From assembly GCF_009914755.1 (NCBI RefSeq), contig NC_060929.1: 64,000 bases of DNA; one strand, 5' to 3'. Shown here in pieces: positions 1 to 11,837 of the stretch. The number at the start of each line of letters is the position of its first letter. Within the stretch, counting starts at the first letter, position 1. The DNA is from the human T2T-CHM13v2.0 reference genome, Homo sapiens. Both the position numbers and the translations under genes were made by a program. The notes under the pieces are model-generated. The model worked only from the letters and a program-made list of their open reading frames with translations. It had not been told where the DNA came from and did no database searches.

Positions 1-1685
1 TAGTAATTGTTGTATTCTTTGCTGCCACATAGCTGCAGAAAAAAATAAAGCCAGTTCCAGTTAAGAATGTCTTTGATAGAACAGTAAAAATTATTAATTT
101 TATTAAGTTGCAGTCCTTGAGTATATGTCCTTTTAGTATTTTGTGGGTTGAAATGGAAAGAACACATAATACTATATTCTGACGTGCAATGTCTTGAGAA
201 AAAATAGTTATGCGATTATTGAGTCGATATCTGAACTAGCCACTTCTTTTATGACACATTAGTTTTACTTTGAAAAATAGCTGACAAACTATGGTTATTT
301 AGATTTCAGTATATGGCAGACATTTTCTTGAAAAAGAACAAAGTGAGCCTGTCACTTCAAGGAAAAAAACTGGCAGTATCTGGTGCTTTCAGGCGATATT
401 TAAATTTTCAAGCAAAAATTAGAATTTTGGAGGCTTTGTATCTACAACTGTGACTTTGAGGGTTTCCCAAATACTTAATGACTTTTCTGATGAGATTGAT
501 GGTTGTCAGAAGTCTCTGAGACCAACCTCAGGTTCAGTGATTTTCTAGAAGGACTAACAGAACATGGCAAAACTGTTATACTCACAGTAATAATAGTTTA
601 TTATAGCAAAAGGCTACAGTTTAAAATCAGCAATTGAAAAAGGTGCATAGGGCAGAGTCCAGCAGAGATTAGATGCAAGCTTCCAGTTGCCCTCTCCCAG
701 GGGAGTCATAGAGACAGTGCTTAACTGCCGCTCACAGCAGCAGTATGTGACAACACGTGTCAAGTATTGCCAACCAGGAGAACTCACCTGAGTCTTGGTG
801 TCCAGGGATCTTTTGGGTATCTTTCATGAAGGTCTAAAGTGCCCACGTCGCTGACTTTAGTAACTCCATCTGTTTGACTCCAGAGGTCAGACTGATACTG
901 CATGGACCAAGGCCCCTCCCATAAATTACATTGTTAGCATAATCTGTATGGTGTGGCTGAAGGCTTTCAGTAAACAAAGGCACTCTTATTAAGCAGGATA
1001 TTTCAAGGGCCTTGGGTGGGCAAGGGCCAAACCTTCCTTTGGAATATCCAAGGTGTGGACAACCTAGCCCTACTGGGTTATTAATCCTTTACTGCATACT
1101 GGTGATATATAAGGAATGTAATGTTTTGATAATGTAAATGAAATGTGTTAATATCTGGAAGATCTGCATAGCTCAGTGAAGCAGTATTTTTCAGATGATC
1201 ACTGCATGATGCAACCTATGATATGCATCAGTAAATGATAGACCAGTGGATTTTAATGGAATAGAATACAAATGTTATTATACATGTGGTCAGATTCTAC
1301 ATTTCATTTAACTTATATGTAACTTTAGTAAGTAATAGTCTTCATATACTATGAATCAAAGCAATATAGAGCAACATATTGAATGCAGAAACAGATAAGG
1401 AAATCTGTCTTCTGTTAAGTTAGATAGTAAACATTTGTACAAAAATGTAAATTGGTGCTGCTCTTCTCATAAATTTTTTTTGGAGAATATATTTTACGTG
1501 AAGAATATGTTATCTGTATTAACAGTTACTCCATTATGTGTAATTTTTAAATTAATTTCTAAACATTTAAGATTTTCTGAGTTCTAATTTCTAATACAGT
1601 AAATATTGACAGCTATAACCTACAGAAACAGAAGTTCTTTAGGGGCCAGCAATTTTTTAAACATCTGAACGGGCCTAGAGACCTT
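1..1685. mobile_element. hAT-Charlie (Charlie1-like) DNA transposon fossil, interrupted by an LTR at 504-1098
   Basis: Collinear similarity with 23109-25490 (ACTTTTCTGATGAGAT, TAGCTCAGTGAA, AATGCAGAAACAGATA shared); resembles the Charlie1 consensus. Confidence 0.75.
504..1098 (-). mobile_element. ERVL-class solo LTR (MER68/MER77-like)
   Basis: TGTCAG...TACTGCATA ends; degenerate 5-bp TSD atggt/ctggt; recognisable body (gaccaacctcaggttcagtgat...gggcagagtccag). Confidence 0.7.
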
Positions 1686-1900
1686 TTCGCTGGGTCTCCT
1701 CTTTCTGGGCTAGAGGTTATCGAAGGATGAGATGAACAACTAAACTAAGGGAAAGATAGTTTGCAACTGGAATCTCAGGGATATCTGGAACTGGGGATGT
1801 GAATGCTACCATGAATCTTCATTTCCATCTCTTCATCTGTTTGGTCCTCTCAGCTTCATTCTTTCTTCTTATACACAGGCTCCTCAGAGTACTGGAAAAT
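572..1900 (-). other. Candidate antisense terminal exon (acceptor at 1900, AATAAA at 602-597), possibly an alternative last exon of CCNH
   Basis: Minus strand reads ttcttgtttatttgtttgctag|ATT TTC CAG TAC TCT GAG GAG CCT GTG TAT AAG AAG AAA GAA TGA; plus-strand TTTATT at 597-602. The 3' end is estimated ~25 nt past the signal. The CCNH link is recalled locus knowledge and is not visible here. Confidence 0.5.
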
Positions 1901-2175
1901 CTAGCAAACAAATAAACAAGAACTCTTTCTTTGATCTTGCATCCTAAATCTTTCGCTATCAGAGAAAAAAACAGATTTGTTAGTATGAGTGTGAAAAAAA
2001 TACTTGAATACTTGGTTCAGGTGTTTATCAGGGAATGATCAACTATGAGTAGGCCAGATTATTGAAGGAAAATGATACTTTCCCTGTTGGAATTGAGGGA
2101 GAAAGAGTTCCCACAGAGAGACTGTGAGTGTTTTCCCTGAATTGGATGGGGGCTGAACAGGCGTCTTACAAATCA
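1700..2175 (-). mobile_element. Old MaLR LTR fragment (MLT1J/K/L-like)
   Basis: Degenerate motifs (ggaactgg...cagcttcattct...caggct...ggatggggg); boundaries approximate. Confidence 0.4.
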
Positions 2176-2881
2176 TCTTTGAGTGTCAACAAGTTGTATG
2201 GACTGCAGATATTATGGGAGTTCAGAGTAGGGGAGGTTAGGGTGTTTAAGTGAGGAAACTCACATTTCTATCTCAGTTTTTGATGTGATCAAATGGCATT
2301 TTATACTGGGTGAGTTTAGGTTTAAAATATCACTTTGGGCACAGGTGGTCTTTAGCTAATCTAATATCTTTGAGGTGGCTGAATTTTGGCTCTCCCTGGA
2401 GGTATAGGTATTCCTTGAAGGGAAGAGTGATAGATAACTACCACAGGGTAGGAGGACAATGCAAATAGTTTGGAAGCCGGGCTTTACCAAGAAAAAGAGG
2501 AAGGAGAGGTGAGAAATAGCTTGAATGGGAGAGTGAAAGTCATTCTCCAGTTTGGCTAGATACGTGGATTTCAGTAAGCGATTATGACTTTTGAATTTCC
2601 ACATAGGCAGGACTTTTTGACAGATTTGTTTTCCTCATCTCCCACCTGCCAGTGTCTACTGTGTTCAAGGCATTGTGCCATGTGCTAGACTAGAGAATTG
2701 TGAAGATGACTTAAATGTCCCCCAGTATCCACAAGTAACTTTTTACTTTAATGGAGAAAACAGATATGAAAATGATTGATTATATTACAGATAAGATAAA
2801 ATGCCAAAAAAAGTCTAAGAAATCAGCTGACATCATGGTAGACGATTAATTATGACCAAGGGATCAACGAGATGACATTTA

Positions 2882-3311
<430 letters not shown>

Positions 3312-4270
3312 GAAAGTGCATGTTTGGTTTGTTTAAGAAATGACAGGTAGTCCAGTGGAGACTGGCCAAGCCATAAAGATTACTGAATGCTGTACCAGTT
3401 GTTTAGATTTAATTCTGTAAGCAATGGGACTTTTTCAGTTTTGATTTGTGTTTTGGGCATAGTTGTTTCTGGAGATAATATTATAGATGTATAAAGAGAT
3501 GGAAGACCAGTAAAACTGAAAAATCTGTTGTAGGAATAGAGAACATAATGGGTGGGAAAGGAAATGACAGGATGGAAGAAGAGAGCATAGGAAGGTGGAA
3601 TTGTTAAGGCTTTTTGACTGATTGGATATGAGGGAAACAGGTAGAGAAATAGGTCAGAGATACTGATGAGAAGTTTCCATCAGGTTGAATTGTATTTAAT
3701 TTTTTGGTCTTAAAAAAACCAGCAATAGATGGTTCAGCTCATAGCTTGGGTATCTGGATTGATGTTAATGGCAAGTAAAGATGAGAAACAGGAGAGAGAG
3801 GAGAGGTAAAGAGAAAGGCTGTGGGACGAATGATGATGGTCATTTAAAAAAAAAAAGTGTTGAGTTTTAGTTGTTAGTTGAGATATCCAGATTGAAAGAT
3901 CCAGTTGCTGGTGGAAATGCAATTCTGTCTTTAAGGTTGATGGGAGAGTTAGGAATTATTTACATTGTTAAATGTTCTTTATTGTGATACTGGATGAGTA
4001 TGACAGATATGTGACCTAGATTATTAGATAAGTGACACCCCCATCTTTAAGTTTGTTTCAGAGATCCTAAATAAAACATTTTTGAATATTACACCTTTTT
4101 GAGGGCATTATATTTGGGAGCTAGGCAGAATGTGGTTTCCAAATTATGTAAAGTATAAAGAGTTTTATATTAAAATGGATATATTATTCTGATTGTCATA
4201 TTCACTATGTTCATAAAGAAGTACAGAATTACAACACAGCTTCTATTAATGGCTAACAGGCAAAAACTTC

Positions 4271-4651
4271 AGTCTTCGTCCATTTTCTATTACTGCAGCA
4301 GAATATCTGAAACTGGTAATTTATTTTAAAAAACTATTTCTTACAATTTTGGATGCTGGGAAGTCCAAGACTGGGCAGGGGGGTTGGCATCTAGCAAGGG
4401 CCTTCTAGCTACATAATAACAAAGTGCAGGTAGTCACATGGTAAGAGGGCAGGAGAATGCCAGCTCAGGTCTCTCCTTCTCTTATAAAAACCACCAATCC
4501 CATCATGGGGGCCTGCCCCACCCTGATGACCCTATCTAATCCTCACAAAGGTAGGCCTCACAAAGGCCCTACCACCAAATACTGTCAATGTATGAATTTG
4601 GGGATTAAGTTTCTAACAAAGGAAATTTGGGGGCACATTCAAATCATAGCA
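4271..4651 (-). mobile_element. MaLR solo LTR (MLT1A/MSTD-like)
   Basis: gctgggaagtccaaga, cacattcaaatcatagca end; TSD-like acttc/gcttc. Confidence 0.7.
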
Positions 4652-5969
4652 GCTTCCTTTTAAAAAAATCTTGTGTTTTTAAAGAAGTGTGCTATCTTTT
4701 GGGTTTTTCAGAGACCCTCTCAACCTAGAGTAAATATAGAATACTATTTAATAATCTCATATTAGAATGTTTAATATGGGAGAGGGTTGAACAACTGCTG
4801 TCAAGATTATTTTATGTGCTATTAAATAAGTAGCACCTTGCGAATAATAGTCTGCTTCCATTATTTTTGTATATTAGTAATCAAGCAGATTAAATACTTC
4901 CTAGGAATTATGGTTATTTGTTTTACTTCAAAAACAATGTTGATTTAAAGTACACTGCAGGTTTAAAAAGTTTAATTTCAAAAAATGGATATATAGGCTG
5001 ATTCTTTTTTCTAATTATTGAAAGTCATTTGGAATTGCAATAAAAATTTTTCTGTGGTTTCTTCAGTAATTTGTAATTCAATTTATTAGTAATTTCCTTA
5101 AAATTAAAAAAATTATGGACACTATGTTAAAATCTGTATACCAAATAATACATTTTAAACTCACATTTTTGGATAATTTTCAGAACTATTAATGTTTAAC
5201 TTTTTTGTGCTAGAATGCTCTGAGACCAGATCTGTTTGTTTGAAAAAGCAAATTACAAGTATAAATTTAAAGCAAATATGACGAATGGTTAGCTTGTGCC
5301 TTGGCTTCTGTTGCCTGTAATAGATGTGCCCTCTAAGATGTTCTTGCTATGGTACCTGGAAGATAATTCCTTCTTTGCCTGGTTACTATAGTTATCTTAT
5401 TGAGGGCCAGTTGGTTTCAGAATGCATTTTAAAAAATGGGAAAAATAGCTGCGGAAAAAATAATTAGCTTTTCAAAAGACAGTAATGGATAGCTTATTCC
5501 GATTCCCAGGTTATCAGTAGATAAACAGTTAAATGGACAATCACAAAAATACTTCACAACCAAAGGTTCTTCTTCATTTTTCTCATCCTTAAATTTTCTA
5601 CCTCTCTCCCTCAAATTTCATGGCATTTTATTTCATGTGTCAGGATTGCCACTATCTAAATATCTTTCTTCTCTGAAATTTCTAGACCTGTCCCACAGAG
5701 ACTTGAGGATTGAGAACATGGAGAGTGGGAGTAAGGAAGTTGCATGGTCCTTCCTGTATCTGTTTTTAATACCCTGTGCCTCAGCATCCCTGTTTTGGGG
5801 GAACTTCCTGCACATAAACTGTCAAAGCCTCTCACAATTATAGATACAAAGCTGTTTTCTGGTAACTTGTGGACTCACTGATTTCTTCTTGCATGTGAGA
5901 AAAAGAGCTTTGGAAATTAAAGCGGCTCTAAAGTGCCAAGAATCTGAGTTTATGGGAAAAGTCACCTGA

Positions 5970-6286
<317 letters not shown>

Positions 6287-6740
6287 GGATACCACAAATT
6301 TGTGGTAACTTCATCTGTACTTTTATTACATGGTGCTCTTATTGCAGTCCTTTTGTTTGTGCGTTCCAGACTTTTAATAAATTCCCCTTAGCTGCTCTGC
6401 TTTGCCATTTTACCACACTGCTTAAGGCCTATCTTCTTCCTCATTAGATGGCCTCGATTACTACTTTATAGGGAGAATCAAAATTACATATTTTCAAGTT
6501 CACTCATCACTTTGCTTATTTGTGACCTTAAGGAATTAGACTAGATATCTGAAAGCTTTTTCCATCCTAGATATTTCATCTTAAAATAATTTTCTCTACT
6601 TTTTACTGTGAGGCAACTGTGTATTTGTTCTTTTGCCATTCTATGATTGTAGACATTGTGTTTCCACCTATCTTTTGTCTCTTCTGTTTTTAAGGAAAAG
6701 ATGACCTTTTTCCCTAATAAGACTGTTTTTCTCATGCTCT

Positions 6741-7040
6741 TTTTTTTTTTTTTCTTTTGAGACAGAATCTTGCTCTGTTGCCCAGGCTGAAGTGCAGTGG
6801 CACGATCTCAGCTCACTGCAGCCTCGGCCACCTGGGTTCAATTAATTCTCATGCCTCAGCCTCCTGAGTAGCTGTGATTACAGGCGCATACCACCACACT
6901 CAGCTAATTTTTGTACATTTTGTAGAGACAGGGTTTTGCCATGTTGCCCAGGCTGGTCTTGAACTCATGAGCTCAAGCAATCCGCCCACCTCAGCATCCC
7001 AAATTTCTATAATTACAGGCTTGAGCCACCGCGCCCAGCC
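6741..7040 (-). mobile_element. Alu (AluJ-like)
   Basis: Poly-T, reverse Alu; TSD gtttttctcatgctct/gtttttctcacactct. Confidence 0.93.
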
Positions 7041-7471
7041 GTTTTTCTCACACTCTTAAGCTCATTTTTTCCCATTTTTTTTAGAGCTTTGCCTTTTCAA
7101 ATATCCCCCCTTTATAATAGATAGTTGTAATGAAACAGTTTTCTAAAGGATATTTAGAGTAATGGTACTACCATTAGGTTGAGATTCATTGCTGGGCTAA
7201 AATGTTCTTGGCATTTTGAAGCGTGCTTTCATATATCATATAGAAATCCAGAGAACAGTTCTACCTGAGCTTCTATTATAACCCCCACAAATATTTGTGG
7301 ATTCCCTACTGTATGCAAAGCACTGTACTAAGAATGCTATAGGGTATATAAAAATCAGCAAAATTTGGCCTGTTAGAGGAGGAGTTTATGGCCAGTATAG
7401 GGGAACATGTAAAAAAGTACAATGAGATAGAGGAAGATTGATATCTAAATGCAGAGGATTTTAAAGGAGGG

Positions 7472-9839
7472 TGTATTAGTTTGTCTTCACACTGCTATAA
7501 ATAACTACCTGAGACTGGGTAGTTTATAAAGAAGCAATGTTTAATTGACTCAGTTCTGCAGGCTGTACAGGAAGCATGGCGGGGGAGGCCTCAGGAATCT
7601 TACAGTCATGGTAGAAGGCAAAGGGGAAGCAAGCACATCTTCACATAGTGACAGGAGAAACAGCATGTGAAGGGGAATGTGCCACACACTTTTAAACCAT
7701 CAGATCTTGTGAGAACTCACTATCACGAGAGCAGCAAGGGGAAATTTGCTCCCATGATCCAATCACCTCCTACCAGGTCCCCTCCCAACACTGGGAATTA
7801 CAATTCAACATGAGATTTGGATGGGGGTACAGAGCCAAACCATATCATTCTCCCCAGCCTCTCCCAAATCTCATATTATTCTCACATGTCAAGACACAAT
7901 CATGCCTTCCCAACAGTCCCCCAAAGTCTTAACTCCTTCCAGCATTAACTGAAAAGTCCAAAGTCTTATCTGAGACAAGGCAAGTCCATTCCACCTATGA
8001 GCCTGTAAAATAAAAAACAAGTTAGTTTCTTCCAAGGTACAATGAGAGTACAGGGAATGGGTAAATGTTCCTGTTGCAAATGGGAGAAATAGCCAAAACA
8101 AATGGGCTACAGGCCCCATGCAAGTCTGAAACCCAACAGGGAAGTCATGAAATCTTCAAGCTCCCATATCCTTTGATTCCATGTCTCACATCCAGGGCAC
8201 GCTGATGCAAGGGGTGGCCTCCTAAGGCCTTTGGCAGCTCTGCCCCATGGCTCTGCAGGATACAGCCCCCACAGCTGCTTTAATGGGCTGGCATTGAGTG
8301 CCTGCAACTTTTGCAGGCACACAGTGCAAGCTGTCAGTGGATCTACCCTTGTGGGGTCTGGAGGATGATGGCCCTCTTCCCACAGCTCCATTAGGCAGTG
8401 CCCTAGTGGAGACTCTCTGTGAGGGTTCCAGTCCCACATTTCCCCCTCTGCACTGCCCTAGTAGAGGGTCTCCATGAGGACTCTGGCCCTGTAGCGGAGT
8501 CCTGCCTGGACATCCAGGCATTTCCATACATCCTCTGAAATCAAGGTGGAGGCTCCCAAACCTCTTCTCTTGCCTTTTGTGCACCCACAGACCCAACACC
8601 ATGTGGAATCCACCAAGGCTTGTGGCTTGCACCCTCTGAAGCCATGGCCCGAGTTGTACATTGGCCCCTTTTAGCCACAGCCACAGCTGGAGCTGGAGTG
8701 GCTGGGATGCGGGGCACCAAGTCCCAAGGATGCAGTTAGCAGCAGGGCTCTGGGACTGGCCCATGAAACCATTTTTCCCTCTTAGACCTCCAGGCCTGTA
8801 CTGGAGGGGCAGCCATGAAGATCTCTGACATGCCCTGGGAGACATTTTCCCCATTGTCTTGGCTATTAGCATTTGGCTTCTTGTTATTTATGTAAATTTC
8901 TACCACTGGCTTGAATTTCTCCCCCCAAAATGGGTTTGTCTTTTCTATAGCATGGTGAGGCTGCAAAATTTCCAAACTTTTATGTTCTGCTTCCCTTTTA
9001 AACATAAGTTCCAATTTCACACCGTCTCTTCATACATATGAGCATATACTTTTAGAAAAATACCAGGTCACATCTTGAATGCTTTGCTGCTTAGAAATTT
9101 CTTCTGCCAGGTACCCTAAATCATCTCTCAAGTTCAAAGTTCCATACATCTCTAGGGCAGGGGCACAATGCTGCCAGTCTCTGCTAAATCATAGCAAGAG
9201 TGACCGTTACTCTGGTTCCCAATAAGTTCCTCATCTCCATCTGAGACCACATCAGCCTGGATTTTCACTGTCCATATCACTGTCAGCATTTTGGTTACAA
9301 TTATTGAGCAAGTCTCTAGGAAGTCTGAAACTTTCCCACATCTTCTGTCTTCTTCTGATCTCTCCAAACTGTTCCAGCCTCTGCCTATTACCCAGTTCCA
9401 AAGTTGCTTCTGCATTTTGAGGTATCTTTATAGCAGTGCCACACTTCTCTGGTACCAGTTTTCTGTATTACCTTGTTCTCATACTGCTACAAAGAACTAC
9501 CTGAGACTGGGTAATTTATGAAGAAAAGGTTTAATTGACTCACAGTTCTGTAGGCTGTACAGGAGTCATGGCTGGAGAGGCCTCAGAAGACTTACAATCA
9601 TGGCAGAAGGCAAAGGGGAAGCAAGAACATCTTCACATGGTGACAGGAGACAGAGAGAGTAAAGTGGGGAAGCGCCACACACTTTTAAACCATCAGATCT
9701 TGCGGGAATTTACTATCACGAGAACAGCAAGGGGAAATTTGCCTTCATGATTCAATCACCTACCACCAGGTCCCTCCCCCAACACTGGGAGTAACAGTTC
9801 AACATGAGATTTGGGTAGGGATACAGAGCAACCATATCA
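7472..9839 (-). mobile_element. Full-length THE1D-like MaLR: LTR 7472-7847, internal 7848-9463, LTR 9464-9839
   Basis: Two 376-bp direct repeats TGTATTA...CCATATCA; perfect 5-bp TSD GAGGG (7467-7471 and 9840-9844); THE1/MST-int type ORF remnants. Confidence 0.93.
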
Positions 9840-11101
9840 GAGGGAGGTAATGTATTCAGTTAAAGGGGATTAAAAATGGCTTTATGCAAGTATACTTTTC
9901 CCTGTAACTCAACATAGTGTTTTGACAAGCAAAAATTGAATGATGACTGCATTGTGAAAAGACAAGGTGAAAACAAGGTAGTATTTGTAGAGTTACACAT
10001 AGTCTGATTTGGCTAGAAGGGAGGCTGGAGCCTTTCATGGTGGCTTTTGAATGCCATGGTGAATAGTTTGTGCTTTATTTGTTATTGAATAGCAATTTGT
10101 ACACTTCTGAGCTATTAGAGTGAAATGATTAAGCCTGTGGTTTAGGAAGAAAGAGCCTATTAGGGAGATAAATCTTTCCCTAGTTGTAGGAAGGGTTGGA
10201 ACAGTATGATATGGAGAGGGTAGTAATGAATGAAGGAATGGAAAACGAGAATAATTTCAATGATACTGGAGGTGCAGTATACAAGTTGGCAGTAGTTTTA
10301 TGTCTAGGAAGATAAGAAGTGTTTAGGAAAAACTCCCAAATTGTTTTTCCTCTGCTCTTACACCACAACAATCAACACAGAGGACTTCTGTGTCCAAATG
10401 CACAGTATTTCTCCCTGCCAAATAAGCAATCAGTTCTACAGTGAACACCAGCTAATTGGCTTTCAATTCATTTCTGTCACTACCTAGAGATAGTGTCAGA
10501 TTCCCAACGGCTGAGGGCTCAGTCTTGGGGTCTGGGCCCTCCTTCCCACTGGTTGTAAGTCTGCATCTCTGGAACTTCTACCAGATGGCTTCGAGTTGGG
10601 GTTTCCACAACCCCCTCTTTGGGTTGGATTAATTTGCTAGAGTTACTCACAGAACTCAGAGAAACACGTTTACTGGTTTATTATGAAGGATATGTTAAAG
10701 GATACAAGTAAACAGCCATATGGCAAGGTCTGGATGCCATAGGGCAAGGTCTGGAAGGGTCCCAAATGTAGGAGCCTCTGTTTCCGTGGAGTTAGGGTAT
10801 GCCACTCTCCCAGCAAGTGGATGAGTTCTTGCTCACCTTCTTGCCCACCTTCACATGTTCAGCTGTGAGGCCAGTCCTTTTGGTTTTTTATGGAATTTTC
10901 ATGACATCAGCACTTTCCCCAATGGGAAGACCCCCCATAGGACCCTCTCTGAAATGAGGGCATTATGACCCACAGTCAGAAAAGTGGAGGAAAATTAGAG
11001 TCCTGCCTTGGTGCAGATGAAAGGAGGGCAGGAGAAGGTCAGGGATATTGTTTCCTGAGGCCTAACACACCAAACATTGTAATAAAAGACTATAACAAGG
11101 G

Positions 11102-11837
11102 TGATATAGCTTGAATGTGTGTCCCCTCCAAATCTCGTATTTAATGAGACCTCCATTGTTGGAAGTGGGGTCTGGTGGGTGTTTGGATCATAAAGGTGGA
11201 TCCCTCATGAATGGTTTGCTGCCCTCCCCTGTGGTAATGAGTTCAAGTGAGAGCTGGTTGTTTAAAGCAGGGGTCCTCAACCCCTACTCCATGGACCGGT
11301 ACCTGTCTATGGCCTGTTAGGAGCTGGGCCACACAGCAGGAGGTGTGAGCCACAGGCAAGCGAGCATTACTGTCTGAGCTCCACCTTCTGATCAGCAGAG
11401 CTTAGATCAGCAGCAGCATTAGATTTTCACAGGAGCGCAAACCCTATTGTGAACTCCTCACGTGAGGGATATAGGTTGTGTGCTCCTTATGAGAATCTAA
11501 TGGTTGATGATCTGAGCTGAAACAGTTTCATCCTGAAATCATCTTCCCTGACCCCTTGTCTGTGGAAAAATTGTCTTCCACTAAATCAGTCAGTCCCTGG
11601 TGCCGGAGGTTGGGGACTACTGGTTTAAAGGAGCCTGGCTCCTCCCCCCTTCTCTTGCTCTCTCTGGTCATGTGATGTGCTAGCTCTCCCTTTGCCTTCT
11701 GCCATGAGTAAAAGCTTCCTGAGGCCTCACTGAAAGCAGATTCCAGCACCATGCTTCCTCTATAGTCCTGCAGAACCATGAGCCGCAATAAACCACTTTT
11801 CTTTACCAATTACCCAGTCTCAAGACAGACTAACACA
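11102..11837 (+). mobile_element. MSTB-like MaLR solo LTR nested in MER21
   Basis: TGATAT...CTAACACA ends; TSD AAGGG (11097-11101, 11838-11842); AATAAA at 11787-11792. Confidence 0.85.
11268..11622. mobile_element. MER1B-like hAT MITE nested in the MST LTR
   Basis: CAGGGGTCCTCAACC...GGTTGGGGACTACTG imperfect TIRs; perfect 8-bp TSD GTTTAAAG (11260-11267, 11623-11630). Confidence 0.9.

Noticed and set aside
7889-9750. Cluster of long overlapping ORFs (up to 216 aa)
   Set aside because: All lie in the THE1 internal region or LTRs; frameshifted MaLR remnants, not a host gene
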